DNA of 63,960 nucleotides, counting the filler, from an uncultured Planctomycetaceae bacterium (GTDB lineage Bacteria; Planctomycetota; Planctomycetia; Planctomycetales; Planctomycetaceae): the NCBI GenBank assembly GCA_963976765.1. It is 5 parts of 5 records of this genome, joined end to end, with 100 filler letters (N's around TTAATTAATTAA, not from the genome) between each part and the next. Parts side by side here need not be neighbours in the genome. Positions count along the whole stretch, not along the records: positions 1 to 19,483 come from CAXBME010000058.1; 4 more parts are not named here. One strand, given 5' to 3'. The notes beneath the pieces were generated by a model that was not told where the DNA came from, made no database searches, and saw only the letters and a program-made list of their open reading frames with translations. The translations under genes and the position numbers were made by a program. Shown one piece after another: positions 9,316 to 19,430 of the stretch (position 1 is the first letter of the stretch; each line of letters begins with the position of its first letter).

Positions 9316-12300
9316 ATGCCGGCTTTCTCATCTTCCGATTCTGAATCCAGTTCCAGTTCCAGTTCCAGTTCCAGCTCTCAGTCTTCAGATTCGTCTGAAT
9401 CTTCATCGAGCTCTTCCTCAAGCCCATCTTCAGAAAGCTCGTCGTCGTCGAGTTCGTCCTCAGAAAGTTCACCGTCTTCAAGCTCATCATCCAGCTCATC
9501 CTCAGAAAGTTCGCCGCCTTCAAGCTCATCATCCAGCACATCTTCGTCGAGCTCGTCGTCAGAAAGTTCGCCACCTTCAAGCTCATCATCCAGCACATCC
9601 TCGTCCAGTTCGACGTCAAGCACGTCTTCTGACAGCTCGTCTTCCAGCACCTCTTCAGAAAGCTCCAGCTCCAGTTCATCATCGTCGTCGTCAGGCAATG
9701 CTGGGTGTGGTTGTTCGCTTTGCTGCGGTCCGTACGCTCCGAATACGGACGCAGGCGATGGAGCGACCAATGATGGCTCAGTCGCAGAAGTGTCTACGAT
9801 GCCTATCCGTTTCTTTGACGGCAAGATCGTCATGGCGGAAACCGACGTCTCGTCTAATGGTTACGGATTTCCATGGGGACACACCCGCACTTACAGCAAC
9901 GTCCCGATGGCGGCAGCAAATCAGTCAAACGGTCGAGGCTGGATCATCGAAAGCTGGCCGTTTCTGGATCAGAAGATCTACTCGATTCCAGTGCCGTCGA
10001 GCGGCTCTTCCTCGGGTGGCGGCAGTGTAGACATCATTGAAGAAACCGCTGTTGAGGTCATCTGGGGATCGGACAGCATGATGTCCTTCCTGGAAGTATC
10101 GCCAGCACCGGCCCTGCAGTATCAGCCCTATCTGGCAACCACTGGCTATCTGACCCACGATGCGGCGGCCAAGGAGTACACGCTGACTGATCGTGCTGGT
10201 AACAAGTCGTTCTTCAACGACTTCACCGTTGCCGATGGCCCAGGGCGAGTCAAACGTCTGCAGTCTGTCGGAGCGGTTGATGTCGACTTTCAATACACCG
10301 GAAGCCGGCTGACGAAAATTGTTCGGAGTGCCGAATCGTTCGAGTACACGTACATCACAAGTGGGCCTAACGATGGATTCATCAGCAGCGTCACGTTCTC
10401 TCGAAGCAGCACGCCGATCCGCAAGACGGAGTACGAGTACTACACCGACAGCGACTCCTTCGGTGACGACGGTCACCTCAAAACGGCAATCCTGCACCAG
10501 TACAACGGCAGTTCCTGGGACGAACTCAGCACGCAGTACTACCGGTACTATAAGGAAGGAGCCGCCCTCGGTTCTGAAGGACGAATGCAGTTTGCGTTGA
10601 GTCCGGAAGCTTTTCAGAAGCTTTCTGCGACGACAGACCCGTTTGCTGCAGCGCCCGGCGTAGTTGCTCAGTTTGCGGACTTCAAGTTCGAGTACGACGA
10701 CCGGGGCCGAGTCAACAAGGAATGGACACGTGCCGGGTCGATGGAATTCACCTACGCCTACACGCTCAGCACGAACGAGATTGGTCCGAACAGTTGGACC
10801 TACAAGACCGTCATGGGCAGGCCGGACGGAGCGACTGAGACCGTCTACGCCAACTACGCCGGCAGCACGATGCTGAACGTGCTCAAAGACGGCGGCGATG
10901 AATGGTGCTCATTCCAGAGCTTCGACTTCGAAAACCGAGTCATCCTGCAGGCAGACGCCGCCGCCATAAAAGGCTACAGCGAGTCGTCCCCCAGCCTCCT
11001 CGGCTACAACGAGTCAGACGGCTCTTACACGGATCTGGAAGCCACTGAAGGCTTGATCAAACTGACCAGTTACGTCGACGGCAACTTCGTCTTTGAAGAG
11101 AAGATCAAGAAAGGCCAGACCGGCACCGAAATCCTCGTTTCCCGCTCCGAGTATCTCGAACATACCCCCACAGGCAGCACCGAAAGCATCTACCTGCTCG
11201 AAAAATCAATCGCTTTCCCCGATGAGACCGACCCGAACAAAACGATCGAAACCAGCTACGCCTACACGTTCCACAACATCCCCCAGCCATCTCCACTGCC
11301 ACCTCTGGAGATGAAGGTCGCCAGCCGAACCACCACGCTCCCGGTCATTCCGACCGATCAGAATGGCTCCGGCGTCGCTAACTCTTTCTCTGAAACAATC
11401 GACCTCTACAACAACACCACAGAAGTAACCAACGAGGAAGGCATCAAAACAAGCTGGACCTTCGACATCCCAACCGGCAGCGTCAAACAACAGATTGCAG
11501 ATGTCGGCAGTTCACCCCATTTCAATCTGACAACCGACTACACCTTGGACAATCTCGGTCGCACGACCCAACAGCTCGGCCCCGCACACGACATCGACAT
11601 ATCCGGAACGATGACAGAAATTCGGACCGCGACATGGACCGTCTACGACGATCCCGGCCATCAATTGCGCGTCGGCATGGGGTATCAGCAAACTGGTTCG
11701 GGGACGGACACACTGATCAATCCTGTTTCCATTACGCAGTTCGATAAGAACGGCAATATTCTTGAGTCCATCCAGGCTGCCCGAGCATCAACCAGCGGCA
11801 AACTGCTGCCAACCGACACCTTCGCTCAGCCTGAATACACCCGCTGGACCACACGACAGTATACCGAATGCTGCATGGCGGCCTCAGAGCGTGTCTATCA
11901 CAACATTCCGGCATCGGGCACCGGCTCCAGCGGCGCAAACTACGACCAGACCAATTTCGGCTATGATGTCATGGACCGTCGCAATCGAGTCGTAACGCCA
12001 GGCGGTACCATCACCGCCACCGTTTTCGACGTCCGCAGCCTTCCAGAGGAAGTCTACGTCGGCACCAATGACGATGGTGGAACTGAAAACGATCCCACTG
12101 GCGGCGGTTCCGATCCGAATAACAACATGGTCGTCATCACGACTAACGAATACGACGACGGATCAGATGGCGGCAACGGTAACCTGACAAAGCAGACCAG
12201 CCACGTCGACAGCAATTCGTCAAACGATCGCATCGTCAAGTACGAATACGACTTCAGAAACCGACTCGACAAAACAGAAACAACGGATGGCATCACCACC

Positions 12301-15300
12301 TGGTTCGATGTTCCGACGTACGATAATCTCAACCGAGTCACCGCCGGACATCGGTACCACACCAGCGTGGCAGCCGGCAACCTGATCGCCTTGCAGGAAT
12401 CTGAGTACGACGACCTGAGTCGCGTCTTTAAGACGATCAATTACGGAGTCAATCCGTCCAACGGAGTGATTAACCCCAACAGCCAGGTGAGCCAGTTCTG
12501 GTTCAGCCAGACTGGCAGACCTATGAAGGATGCCCCATCCGGCTCAGAGCTGTTTTCGAAAACTCAATACGACAACCTCGGTCGGGTTGAGAAACAGTTC
12601 GTCGGCTACGGCCCTGGGGCCACTTACGCAGATGCTGAATCAGTATCCAACGACACGATTCTAGAGCAGCGTGAAGCCGCCTATGACGACTCCAGTTTCG
12701 TAGCAAGGATTACTTCGTACCAGCGGAACCACAACGGCACTGGCACCGGGGTACTGACGACATCAAATGCCCGAGTAACATACTCGTACGCGTGGCAGGA
12801 CGGCATTGGCAGGTCAATTGCCATCGCTGACTATGGAACCGCATCACCAGGCACGCGTGGCGCCATCCCCCCAAGCAGCCAAACCGTTCTGGTCACCACC
12901 ACCGAATACAACGCGGACACTGGAAACATTGAGACCAGAACCGATCCGGCGGACACCGCCACTCGCCTCGAATACGACGACGCTGGACGACAGGTCAAAC
13001 TGATTCAGAATTACATTGATGGGTCGACTGCCAATGATGCTAACATCACGACGGAGAAGACCTACAACACTGATGGAAATGTAAGCGTTCTCACTGCATG
13101 GAATGCGGATACCGGCAATCAAGTCACAACTTACGAATACGGCACCACTCTCAGTGACTCCGAAGTGGCGACCAGCCTACTGAAGAGACGTGTTAAGTAT
13201 CCAGACTCCATTGACAATAGCGATTCTGTCACTGTTAAGTACGATCGACAGGCTGCCCAGATAACGGTTACTGACCAGCGGGGAACCGTTCACGCGTACG
13301 CCTACGACAACCTGGGGCGGCTGACAACAGACGCCGTCACGAATTCCGGCATTGATGTTGATGATTCTGTGTTAAAACTGACCTTGGATTACGACATTCG
13401 CGGTCTAAGAGAAAGAGCAACCAGCTACGACAATGCAGTGAACGGCACTGCTACGAATCAGGTGCGGTGGAGTTACAACGACTTTGGACAACTGACCACG
13501 TCATACCAGGAGCATGCGGGAACGGTCACCCCAGGTGTTACCCCAAAAGTCGACTACTCCTATGCTGACGGCAGTGCCAATACGTTGCGTTCAACGGCAC
13601 TGACCTACCCGGATGGCCGGGAGTTGACATACGACTTCGGGACTGCAGGAGGGACTGATGACAAAGCCAGCCGCGTAGCTGGTCTTAAGGACGGCACGAC
13701 GACACTCGCGAGGTACACGTATTTGGGTTTTGGCTCCGTCGTTGAGGTCGAGTACACCGAACCTGGCATGCTGTACGACCTCATCGGGGGCAGCAGTGGC
13801 TATTCCGGCCTCGATCAGTTCAACCGAATCGTTGATTCGCTGTGGAAAAAGTCGTCCACTGCCATCGACCGCGTGCAGTACGGTTATGATCGCGTGAGTA
13901 ACCGCACGTATCGTGAAGTTCCCACTGACACTACCAATCGGTTTGACGAACTGTACTCGCACGACGGCGTACACCGACTGGACGACCTGAAACGCGGTCA
14001 ACTGAACGGTTCTCATACGGGGATGAGCAGCACCGAATTTCAGCAGGCCTGGACGCTGGATGAAACCGGCAACTGGTCGATCTTCAAACAGGACGACAAC
14101 GGCAACGGGACGTGGAATCTGGACCAGAACCGCACGTCGAACAAAGTAAACGAGATTACCAACTTGGACAACACTGTCGGCTCGCAATGGGGAACTCCGC
14201 AGTACGACAAAGTCGGCAACATGGCCCGCATTCCTAACCCAGAATCGACGTTTTTCGGCTGGAATGAGATGACCGTCGACAACTGGTACGACCTGACCGT
14301 GGACGAGTGGTACAACCTGCCAGTTACCAAAGACGACACCGCTGTGTATGATGCTTGGAACCGGCTCGTTCGTATTGAGCGTGAAGGCGAGACACTGCAA
14401 ATCGCCGAATATGATGCACTCCGTCGCCGCATCACGGTCGAGTCATATACTGCAGGTGTACTTGACGAAACACGGCACTCTTACTTCACATCCGCTTGGC
14501 AAGCAATCGAAGAACGAGTCGACCTCGGAACCACCGCCGAAAGGCAAAACATTTGGGGAATCCGCTACATTGATGACCTTGTCCTGAGGGATCGAGACAC
14601 CAACGACGACGGCATACTTGAGGAGCGTCTCTACTCTCTCCAGGACGCAAACTGGAATGTTACAAGCGTGTGCGATGCCAGTGGAATCATTCAGGAACGC
14701 TATGCCTATCACGCTTACGGAAGACCACTCTTTCTGGATCCCGCCTATGGCGGCAAATCTAGTTCCAGCCATGATTGGACAACGCTCTTCACCGGATACC
14801 AATGGGATTCGAACCCTTCCTTGTATTGCGTTCGAAACCGCAGTTACTCACCTGTGCTCGGTGCATGGCTGCAAAGAGATCCTGTTGGATACCTTGGACG
14901 CGACCCAAATCTGCAGCGATACAACATCAGTAACCCCATAGACTTTGTCGATCCAAGTGGACTTTGGCGAGAAGGGGGGCATTTCTATACTGTTTATAAT
15001 ATGGCGCGTCTGGCAGGCATGAGTCACGAGGATGCTAGGCAACTTGCTTACTTCGCTCAGTATAACGATGAGGTACGTGCATATGATGCTGTTTGGGTAG
15101 CCTTCCCGCACACCCCATGGGAGGGTAACTCAGCAGCAGACGAAATTGGCACTACGCGGAGCCGCCTCGCTCGCCAGAACTGGGAAGAGGCTGTCCAGCG
15201 CGTCCTTCATCAACTTCACGGTGGCGACATCTTCGAAATTGCCAGGAATCGAGAACACCTGCGAGGACTCTTTGGCCAAGCAACGAATGACAACGACGTG

Positions 15301-15825
15301 CGGCTTGCTGGTATCACTCTTCACGCATTTGGAGATTCCTTTGCTCACACTTATCGCGACAAGAACGGTCGCTGCCGCGCATTCGATTCCGGCATTGGAC
15401 ATGCAAGGGGACGCGGACCGTTGACAGGAAAAAAGGAAGGTGGAACAGCTGTAGATAAGATAAGAGAGAGGTATATAGATGGTGTATATCCTCACTATGT
15501 GGAATCTCTGGCAAACCTACTTGGAATTTCCGACAATGATCCACGCATCGCAGATTTTCTCAATCGTATGCGTCCGACGATTGGTACTGATTCTATTGTA
15601 AGAACGCAGGACGGCCATTCGTACACAGACAGCGCGGAAGACACCCTGCTTCAGTCTTTTCCTGTTTCTAACCAACAAATCAACGGAATGCCAGACACGT
15701 ATTTCAGCAATGAGGCAGCAAAGCCGCCGAGCGAACGATACTTCCCTGAGAACGGATTAAATACTGGGCTCGGAGGGATAACATACGACGACATGCGGTT
15801 ATTCATTGAACTAATGCGTCTCTGA
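9316..15825 (+). CDS. RHS/YD-repeat polymorphic toxin with poly-Ser N-terminus, DUF6531-like domain, RHS core and ~286-aa C-terminal effector
   Basis: Many YD repeats; PIRFFDG...WGHTRTYSN; core ERYAYHAYG...FTGYQWD...RNRSYSPVLGAWLQRDPVG...NPIDFVDPSGL; composition shifts after 14964. Confidence 0.92.
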   Translation: MPAFSSSDSESSSSSSSSSSSQSSDSSESSSSSSSSPSSESSSSSSSSSESSPSSSSSSSSSSESSPPSSSSSSTSSSSSSSESSPPSSSSSSTSSSSSTSSTSSDSSSSSTSSESSSSSSSSSSSGNAGCGCSLCCGPYAPNTDAGDGATNDGSVAEVSTMPIRFFDGKIVMAETDVSSNGYGFPWGHTRTYSNVPMAAANQSNGRGWIIESWPFLDQKIYSIPVPSSGSSSGGGSVDIIEETAVEVIWGSDSMMSFLEVSPAPALQYQPYLATTGYLTHDAAAKEYTLTDRAGNKSFFNDFTVADGPGRVKRLQSVGAVDVDFQYTGSRLTKIVRSAESFEYTYITSGPNDGFISSVTFSRSSTPIRKTEYEYYTDSDSFGDDGHLKTAILHQYNGSSWDELSTQYYRYYKEGAALGSEGRMQFALSPEAFQKLSATTDPFAAAPGVVAQFADFKFEYDDRGRVNKEWTRAGSMEFTYAYTLSTNEIGPNSWTYKTVMGRPDGATETVYANYAGSTMLNVLKDGGDEWCSFQSFDFENRVILQADAAAIKGYSESSPSLLGYNESDGSYTDLEATEGLIKLTSYVDGNFVFEEKIKKGQTGTEILVSRSEYLEHTPTGSTESIYLLEKSIAFPDETDPNKTIETSYAYTFHNIPQPSPLPPLEMKVASRTTTLPVIPTDQNGSGVANSFSETIDLYNNTTEVTNEEGIKTSWTFDIPTGSVKQQIADVGSSPHFNLTTDYTLDNLGRTTQQLGPAHDIDISGTMTEIRTATWTVYDDPGHQLRVGMGYQQTGSGTDTLINPVSITQFDKNGNILESIQAARASTSGKLLPTDTFAQPEYTRWTTRQYTECCMAASERVYHNIPASGTGSSGANYDQTNFGYDVMDRRNRVVTPGGTITATVFDVRSLPEEVYVGTNDDGGTENDPTGGGSDPNNNMVVITTNEYDDGSDGGNGNLTKQTSHVDSNSSNDRIVKYEYDFRNRLDKTETTDGITTWFDVPTYDNLNRVTAGHRYHTSVAAGNLIALQESEYDDLSRVFKTINYGVNPSNGVINPNSQVSQFWFSQTGRPMKDAPSGSELFSKTQYDNLGRVEKQFVGYGPGATYADAESVSNDTILEQREAAYDDSSFVARITSYQRNHNGTGTGVLTTSNARVTYSYAWQDGIGRSIAIADYGTASPGTRGAIPPSSQTVLVTTTEYNADTGNIETRTDPADTATRLEYDDAGRQVKLIQNYIDGSTANDANITTEKTYNTDGNVSVLTAWNADTGNQVTTYEYGTTLSDSEVATSLLKRRVKYPDSIDNSDSVTVKYDRQAAQITVTDQRGTVHAYAYDNLGRLTTDAVTNSGIDVDDSVLKLTLDYDIRGLRERATSYDNAVNGTATNQVRWSYNDFGQLTTSYQEHAGTVTPGVTPKVDYSYADGSANTLRSTALTYPDGRELTYDFGTAGGTDDKASRVAGLKDGTTTLARYTYLGFGSVVEVEYTEPGMLYDLIGGSSGYSGLDQFNRIVDSLWKKSSTAIDRVQYGYDRVSNRTYREVPTDTTNRFDELYSHDGVHRLDDLKRGQLNGSHTGMSSTEFQQAWTLDETGNWSIFKQDDNGNGTWNLDQNRTSNKVNEITNLDNTVGSQWGTPQYDKVGNMARIPNPESTFFGWNEMTVDNWYDLTVDEWYNLPVTKDDTAVYDAWNRLVRIEREGETLQIAEYDALRRRITVESYTAGVLDETRHSYFTSAWQAIEERVDLGTTAERQNIWGIRYIDDLVLRDRDTNDDGILEERLYSLQDANWNVTSVCDASGIIQERYAYHAYGRPLFLDPAYGGKSSSSHDWTTLFTGYQWDSNPSLYCVRNRSYSPVLGAWLQRDPVGYLGRDPNLQRYNISNPIDFVDPSGLWREGGHFYTVYNMARLAGMSHEDARQLAYFAQYNDEVRAYDAVWVAFPHTPWEGNSAADEIGTTRSRLARQNWEEAVQRVLHQLHGGDIFEIARNREHLRGLFGQATNDNDVRLAGITLHAFGDSFAHTYRDKNGRCRAFDSGIGHARGRGPLTGKKEGGTAVDKIRERYIDGVYPHYVESLANLLGISDNDPRIADFLNRMRPTIGTDSIVRTQDGHSYTDSAEDTLLQSFPVSNQQINGMPDTYFSNEAAKPPSERYFPENGLNTGLGGITYDDMRLFIELMRL
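9328..9693 (+). repeat. Poly-serine low-complexity coding tract with three SESSP(P/S)SSSSSS units
   Basis: About 120 codons, mostly Ser with mixed codons; near-identical TCAGAAAGTTC.CC..CTTCAAGCTCATCATCCAGC units at ~9460, ~9502 and ~9559. Confidence 0.9.
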
Positions 15826-15841
15826 TTAAGTGGTGTGAATA

Positions 15842-16051
15842 GTGTTGATACTAGGATCAGTGAACTACCCTGATTGGTTTCTTTTACTTCTCAATTTGAT
15901 AGAGATGAGCCCATGGTGTCCAGGGGCGGTATTCACTCTTGGAGCGATTTGGCTGGCGACTTTAAAAGAGTTTCGCAAGTCCGCAATGTATTTTGGGATC
16001 GCGCTGCTATGTTGGATTCTTGGTGGAATAATTCATCATTATTTGTTTTGA
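15842..16051 (+). CDS. Small hydrophobic protein, candidate RHS immunity protein
   Basis: Starts 16 bp after the RHS stop; AT-rich; two or three hydrophobic segments. Confidence 0.45.
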   Translation: MLILGSVNYPDWFLLLLNLIEMSPWCPGAVFTLGAIWLATLKEFRKSAMYFGIALLCWILGGIIHHYLF

Positions 16052-16130
16052 GCTCCTAAACATCAGCTGCTTTAGTAAGTCTGCAGCATGTATTGTCAGA
16101 TATAGCAAACAACCGTGAAGGGAAACTGTC

Positions 16131-18305
16131 ATGGCGACACTTGAAGATTATCGGGGGCTGGATGTCTTGGCGGTGGGAGTTCCCGGGCCGGCGGCTGGTG
16201 GCGAGGCGATTAGTAATAACTTTCGGCACCTTGTCGACTGGAATCCCAAGAGTGACTGGTCAGCCACAGCCGATCCTTCGGCGAGTGACGATGACACTCA
16301 GGATTTTCAAGTTGGCTCGGGATGGCTGAACACAACGACCGGCCATTGGTTTGTCTGTACCGACAACACAACCGGAGCCGCCAAATGGAAGCTCCTCCCC
16401 GCGGTCATTGACGACAGCGCTGACCAGACGCTGATTTCAGCAGCGACCGGGGCAATTTCTGTTGTGCCCAACGGAGACAATGGTCGACTCCACCTTGCTT
16501 CCTCGGGAGACATCTCCCTGGAAACCGACACCGGCAGCGGCTGGGTCTCACAGGTCTTCGTCGACCATTCATCAAGCAATATTGGCATCGGCACAGCGTC
16601 GCCGGACAAGAAACTCGAAGTCGTCGGCACTGTCAAAAGCAACCTTGAACCAGATGGAGATGTTGACGGCACCTTCTTCGTCGGTGAGCACGACAATTCT
16701 ACCGAAGCGCTGAAGCTTGGGGCACGCTTCCCAACCGGTAATCACTATTACAGCGTCATCGAGGCTGTCGGAAACAATGACATCAGCGGAACTCGGAACC
16801 GAGCATTGCTGTTGGACTGCGATTCATCAAAAGACTCATCGGTGAGTTCCACGTCGACCGCCGTTAGCATGATTAATTGCCATAAAGGCGGTACCACACT
16901 TCAGAATGCGACACTGTTCGGCGTTTACAACAACGATGGCGAGCAGTTCAGTATCTACGCTGGTGGCGGTATCCGCATGGCTGAGCGCGCTTCCGATCCA
17001 GCAACCCCGAATGCTGGATTCGGGGCATTTTGGGTCAGTGACGGCACGGGGACCGGTGATGCTGGTGATTTTCTCGTAATGAATGACGCCGGAACAATCG
17101 TCAATCTGTCTCAAGGCGGAGCCAGTTCACCACTCACGCTAACAGCAAGTCTGGCGACAGAAATTCCGCTAACTGTAGTCGCACACGCTTCGCAATCGGT
17201 GAATGTGACCGAGTGGAAGGACAGCGGCGGCACTGTCGGTGCGCATATCACATCAAATCAGGAATTTCACAATTCCGGCGGCGGAACCAACTCTTGTGTG
17301 TTTGGAGCTGGCGCGAACGTTGACGGAGACGAGCCGAGCTGCAGCTCGTTCGGTGTTGGAGCAACCTGTTATGGGGACGGAGGGGTGGCAATTGGCCACA
17401 ATGCAGCTGCAGGAAGTTCGGCCAGCACAGTTTACAGGTATAATGTCGCCATTGGAGCCGGTGCGACAGCTGATAACAGTTCAGGAGTGGCGATTGGCTA
17501 TAATGCCGATGTTCAGGGAAGAAACGGTGCGACAACAATCGGCGCATATTCTTCAGTGACGGGCAACAGCGGAACCGCAATCGGCACAGGTGCATCAGCG
17601 GGTGCATTTGGTGTGGCGATCGGGCAAGGGACAACGAATCCAGGAAGTGGGGTTACAATCGGCAAAGACGCCTCTGGCCTTCTGGCGATTGGCTATGGTG
17701 CTGATGGCTCCGGCCATGTCGGAGCTGTTTCTGTCGGTACGTCGAGCTATGCGGCTGCTCTTGGATCAATTGCCTTCGGGTACAACGCAGACGCCGGGCA
17801 CCAAGGGGCTGTTTCAATTGGCTATGGCGCGGTCAGCACAGCCAGCCGGCAGCTTGTCGTAGGAAGTGATTCATTGGGGGGGGCAGCCCGAGTCGATGAT
17901 GTGTACATCGGAAAGGGAGTCACTACAGCTTCGCCTACTGACACAACATTCAATGCCACGGGTGGCTCGGGAACTGACATCGATGGGGCGAATCTGCATT
18001 TAGCTGGCGGAAAAGGGACTGGCAGTGCCAGTGGTGGCGATGTCGTGTTTAAGGCATCCACACCTGGCTCCAGTGGCACAAGTCTCCAGAGCCTTGCAGA
18101 GAAAGCTCGAATTGGGCATGACGGGATGACACTCGTAGCTCAGTCAAACTCGCCAGGTACTCCAGCAGACGGAAGTGAAGTCGTCATCTATCTTAAGTCA
18201 TCTAAGTACGTCATCGCGTATAATGACTCCGGAACAGTCAAGTACCGCTACATGGATCTCACGAGCACAAACGCTGATTGGACATACTCAACAACCGCAC
18301 CATAG
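16131..18305 (+). CDS. Phage tail-fibre-like or adhesin protein with YadA-head-like repeats
   Basis: ATADPSASDDDTQDFQVGSGWLNTTTGHWFVCTDNTTGAAKW and NIGIGTASPDKKLEVVG (tail-fibre-type motifs); more than 10 (V/T)AIG..A repeats; no signal peptide or YadA anchor. Confidence 0.7.
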   Translation: MATLEDYRGLDVLAVGVPGPAAGGEAISNNFRHLVDWNPKSDWSATADPSASDDDTQDFQVGSGWLNTTTGHWFVCTDNTTGAAKWKLLPAVIDDSADQTLISAATGAISVVPNGDNGRLHLASSGDISLETDTGSGWVSQVFVDHSSSNIGIGTASPDKKLEVVGTVKSNLEPDGDVDGTFFVGEHDNSTEALKLGARFPTGNHYYSVIEAVGNNDISGTRNRALLLDCDSSKDSSVSSTSTAVSMINCHKGGTTLQNATLFGVYNNDGEQFSIYAGGGIRMAERASDPATPNAGFGAFWVSDGTGTGDAGDFLVMNDAGTIVNLSQGGASSPLTLTASLATEIPLTVVAHASQSVNVTEWKDSGGTVGAHITSNQEFHNSGGGTNSCVFGAGANVDGDEPSCSSFGVGATCYGDGGVAIGHNAAAGSSASTVYRYNVAIGAGATADNSSGVAIGYNADVQGRNGATTIGAYSSVTGNSGTAIGTGASAGAFGVAIGQGTTNPGSGVTIGKDASGLLAIGYGADGSGHVGAVSVGTSSYAAALGSIAFGYNADAGHQGAVSIGYGAVSTASRQLVVGSDSLGGAARVDDVYIGKGVTTASPTDTTFNATGGSGTDIDGANLHLAGGKGTGSASGGDVVFKASTPGSSGTSLQSLAEKARIGHDGMTLVAQSNSPGTPADGSEVVIYLKSSKYVIAYNDSGTVKYRYMDLTSTNADWTYSTTAP

Positions 18306-18322
18306 TTCAAAGGATCAAACGA

Positions 18323-18601
18323 ATGGCTCAGAAGACATTTTCCATAACAGCTCCAGCGGAACTGATTGATGCGACGATCAGTGCGTACGCTGCAGATGCT
18401 TTCCTTACCGAAGACGCAACGGACTCAGAACTACGTGATGCGGCGATCGAACAGGTGCTCGCCGCTTTTCGTGAAAAAGTCCTGGAGCACCAAGACCGTC
18501 TTCAGAATGAAGCTGACAAAAAAGCTCGTCAAGCAAGGCGTGCGGCAACTGAAGAGTCCATGAAATCGCAGCGCGAGAACATCACCGTGACAATCAACTA
18601 G
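18323..18601 (+). CDS. Small coiled-coil protein downstream of the fibre gene (possible fibre chaperone)
   Basis: AAGGA upstream of ATG 18323, 17 bp after the fibre stop; charged helical sequence. Confidence 0.55.
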   Translation: MAQKTFSITAPAELIDATISAYAADAFLTEDATDSELRDAAIEQVLAAFREKVLEHQDRLQNEADKKARQARRAATEESMKSQRENITVTIN

Positions 18602-19292
18602 CGTTTGTCTCGACTGAAGCTTACCGGCAACAAAGCCCTCAGATAGATGTAGCCGTGTCGCTCTGACGCCGGTACCGCTATGTCAGTTGAGCCGGAGATT
18701 CAAGGTGCTTGTGCTGCACTTGTACCGACAACTCATCAGAGATTTCGGAACGCGGCAAAAGCTCAGAGTTGCTCTGCGTCCGACATCAAATGAGATATGA
18801 ATTCACTCGACGATGGACTGGAGCTGCATCTGCCTGAATTCGAATACACAGAGCCTCTTGGCTGAGAATGCATGCTGGCGCCATTCGTGGTGTTTCCTGA
18901 TCCTAATCATTGGTGAGTCGTCGCAACTGGAACTGATCGACTCGTAGTTCTCGCCAGATGATTCAGCTTCATCAATGAAGCAGCGCTTTCCGTGATTGCC
19001 AGGAATTGTTCCGGCGCCAATGCTTTTCACTGGCGGACCTTTCGAAGGCTTATGAGCTGTATGGCGAATCAGTTTGGCCGAGTCTCATTCGCGCAGGATT
19101 TGAAGAGTCTCAACTTCACGCACGAAACCTTCGATTCTGGCTTTACATAGATACGTTCCAGAAGAGGGCCATTGTTCGACACTTTACGCAGTATTACGTT
19201 ACTGAGTGCAGCAAAGCGGAAATGTCCGGCTGCCGCCAGTTGGAATGCTGCAATTCAAGTGCTACCCAGAATCAACTCGAAGACCTTTGCAC

Positions 19293-19430
19293 ATGAATAA
19301 TGAAAACATCTCTGTCTACGCATTCTGCACTTCGGATCATCTCCATTCGTATCGTTATTCTGTGCCTGCTCTTCGCAGTTATTACAAGAAGTACGATATA
19401 TCGGTAAATATTCTCGATGAGACGAATGCT
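19293..19430 (+). pseudogene. 5' part of a gene interrupted by the IS-like terminus (possibly a glycosyltransferase)
   Basis: MNNENISVYAFCTSDHLHSYRYSVPALRSYYKKYDISVNILDETNA reads directly into the 53-bp repeat. Confidence 0.4.

Noticed and set aside
9188..10030. Arg/His-rich and Asp/Glu-rich ORFs (9188-10030, 9314-9682, 9378-9833)
   Set aside because: Alternative-frame readings of the poly-Ser tract.
18604..19290. Short ORFs between the fibre module and the IS-like end
   Set aside because: Frames are broken by stops with no recognisable motif; possibly a decayed gene, not callable.
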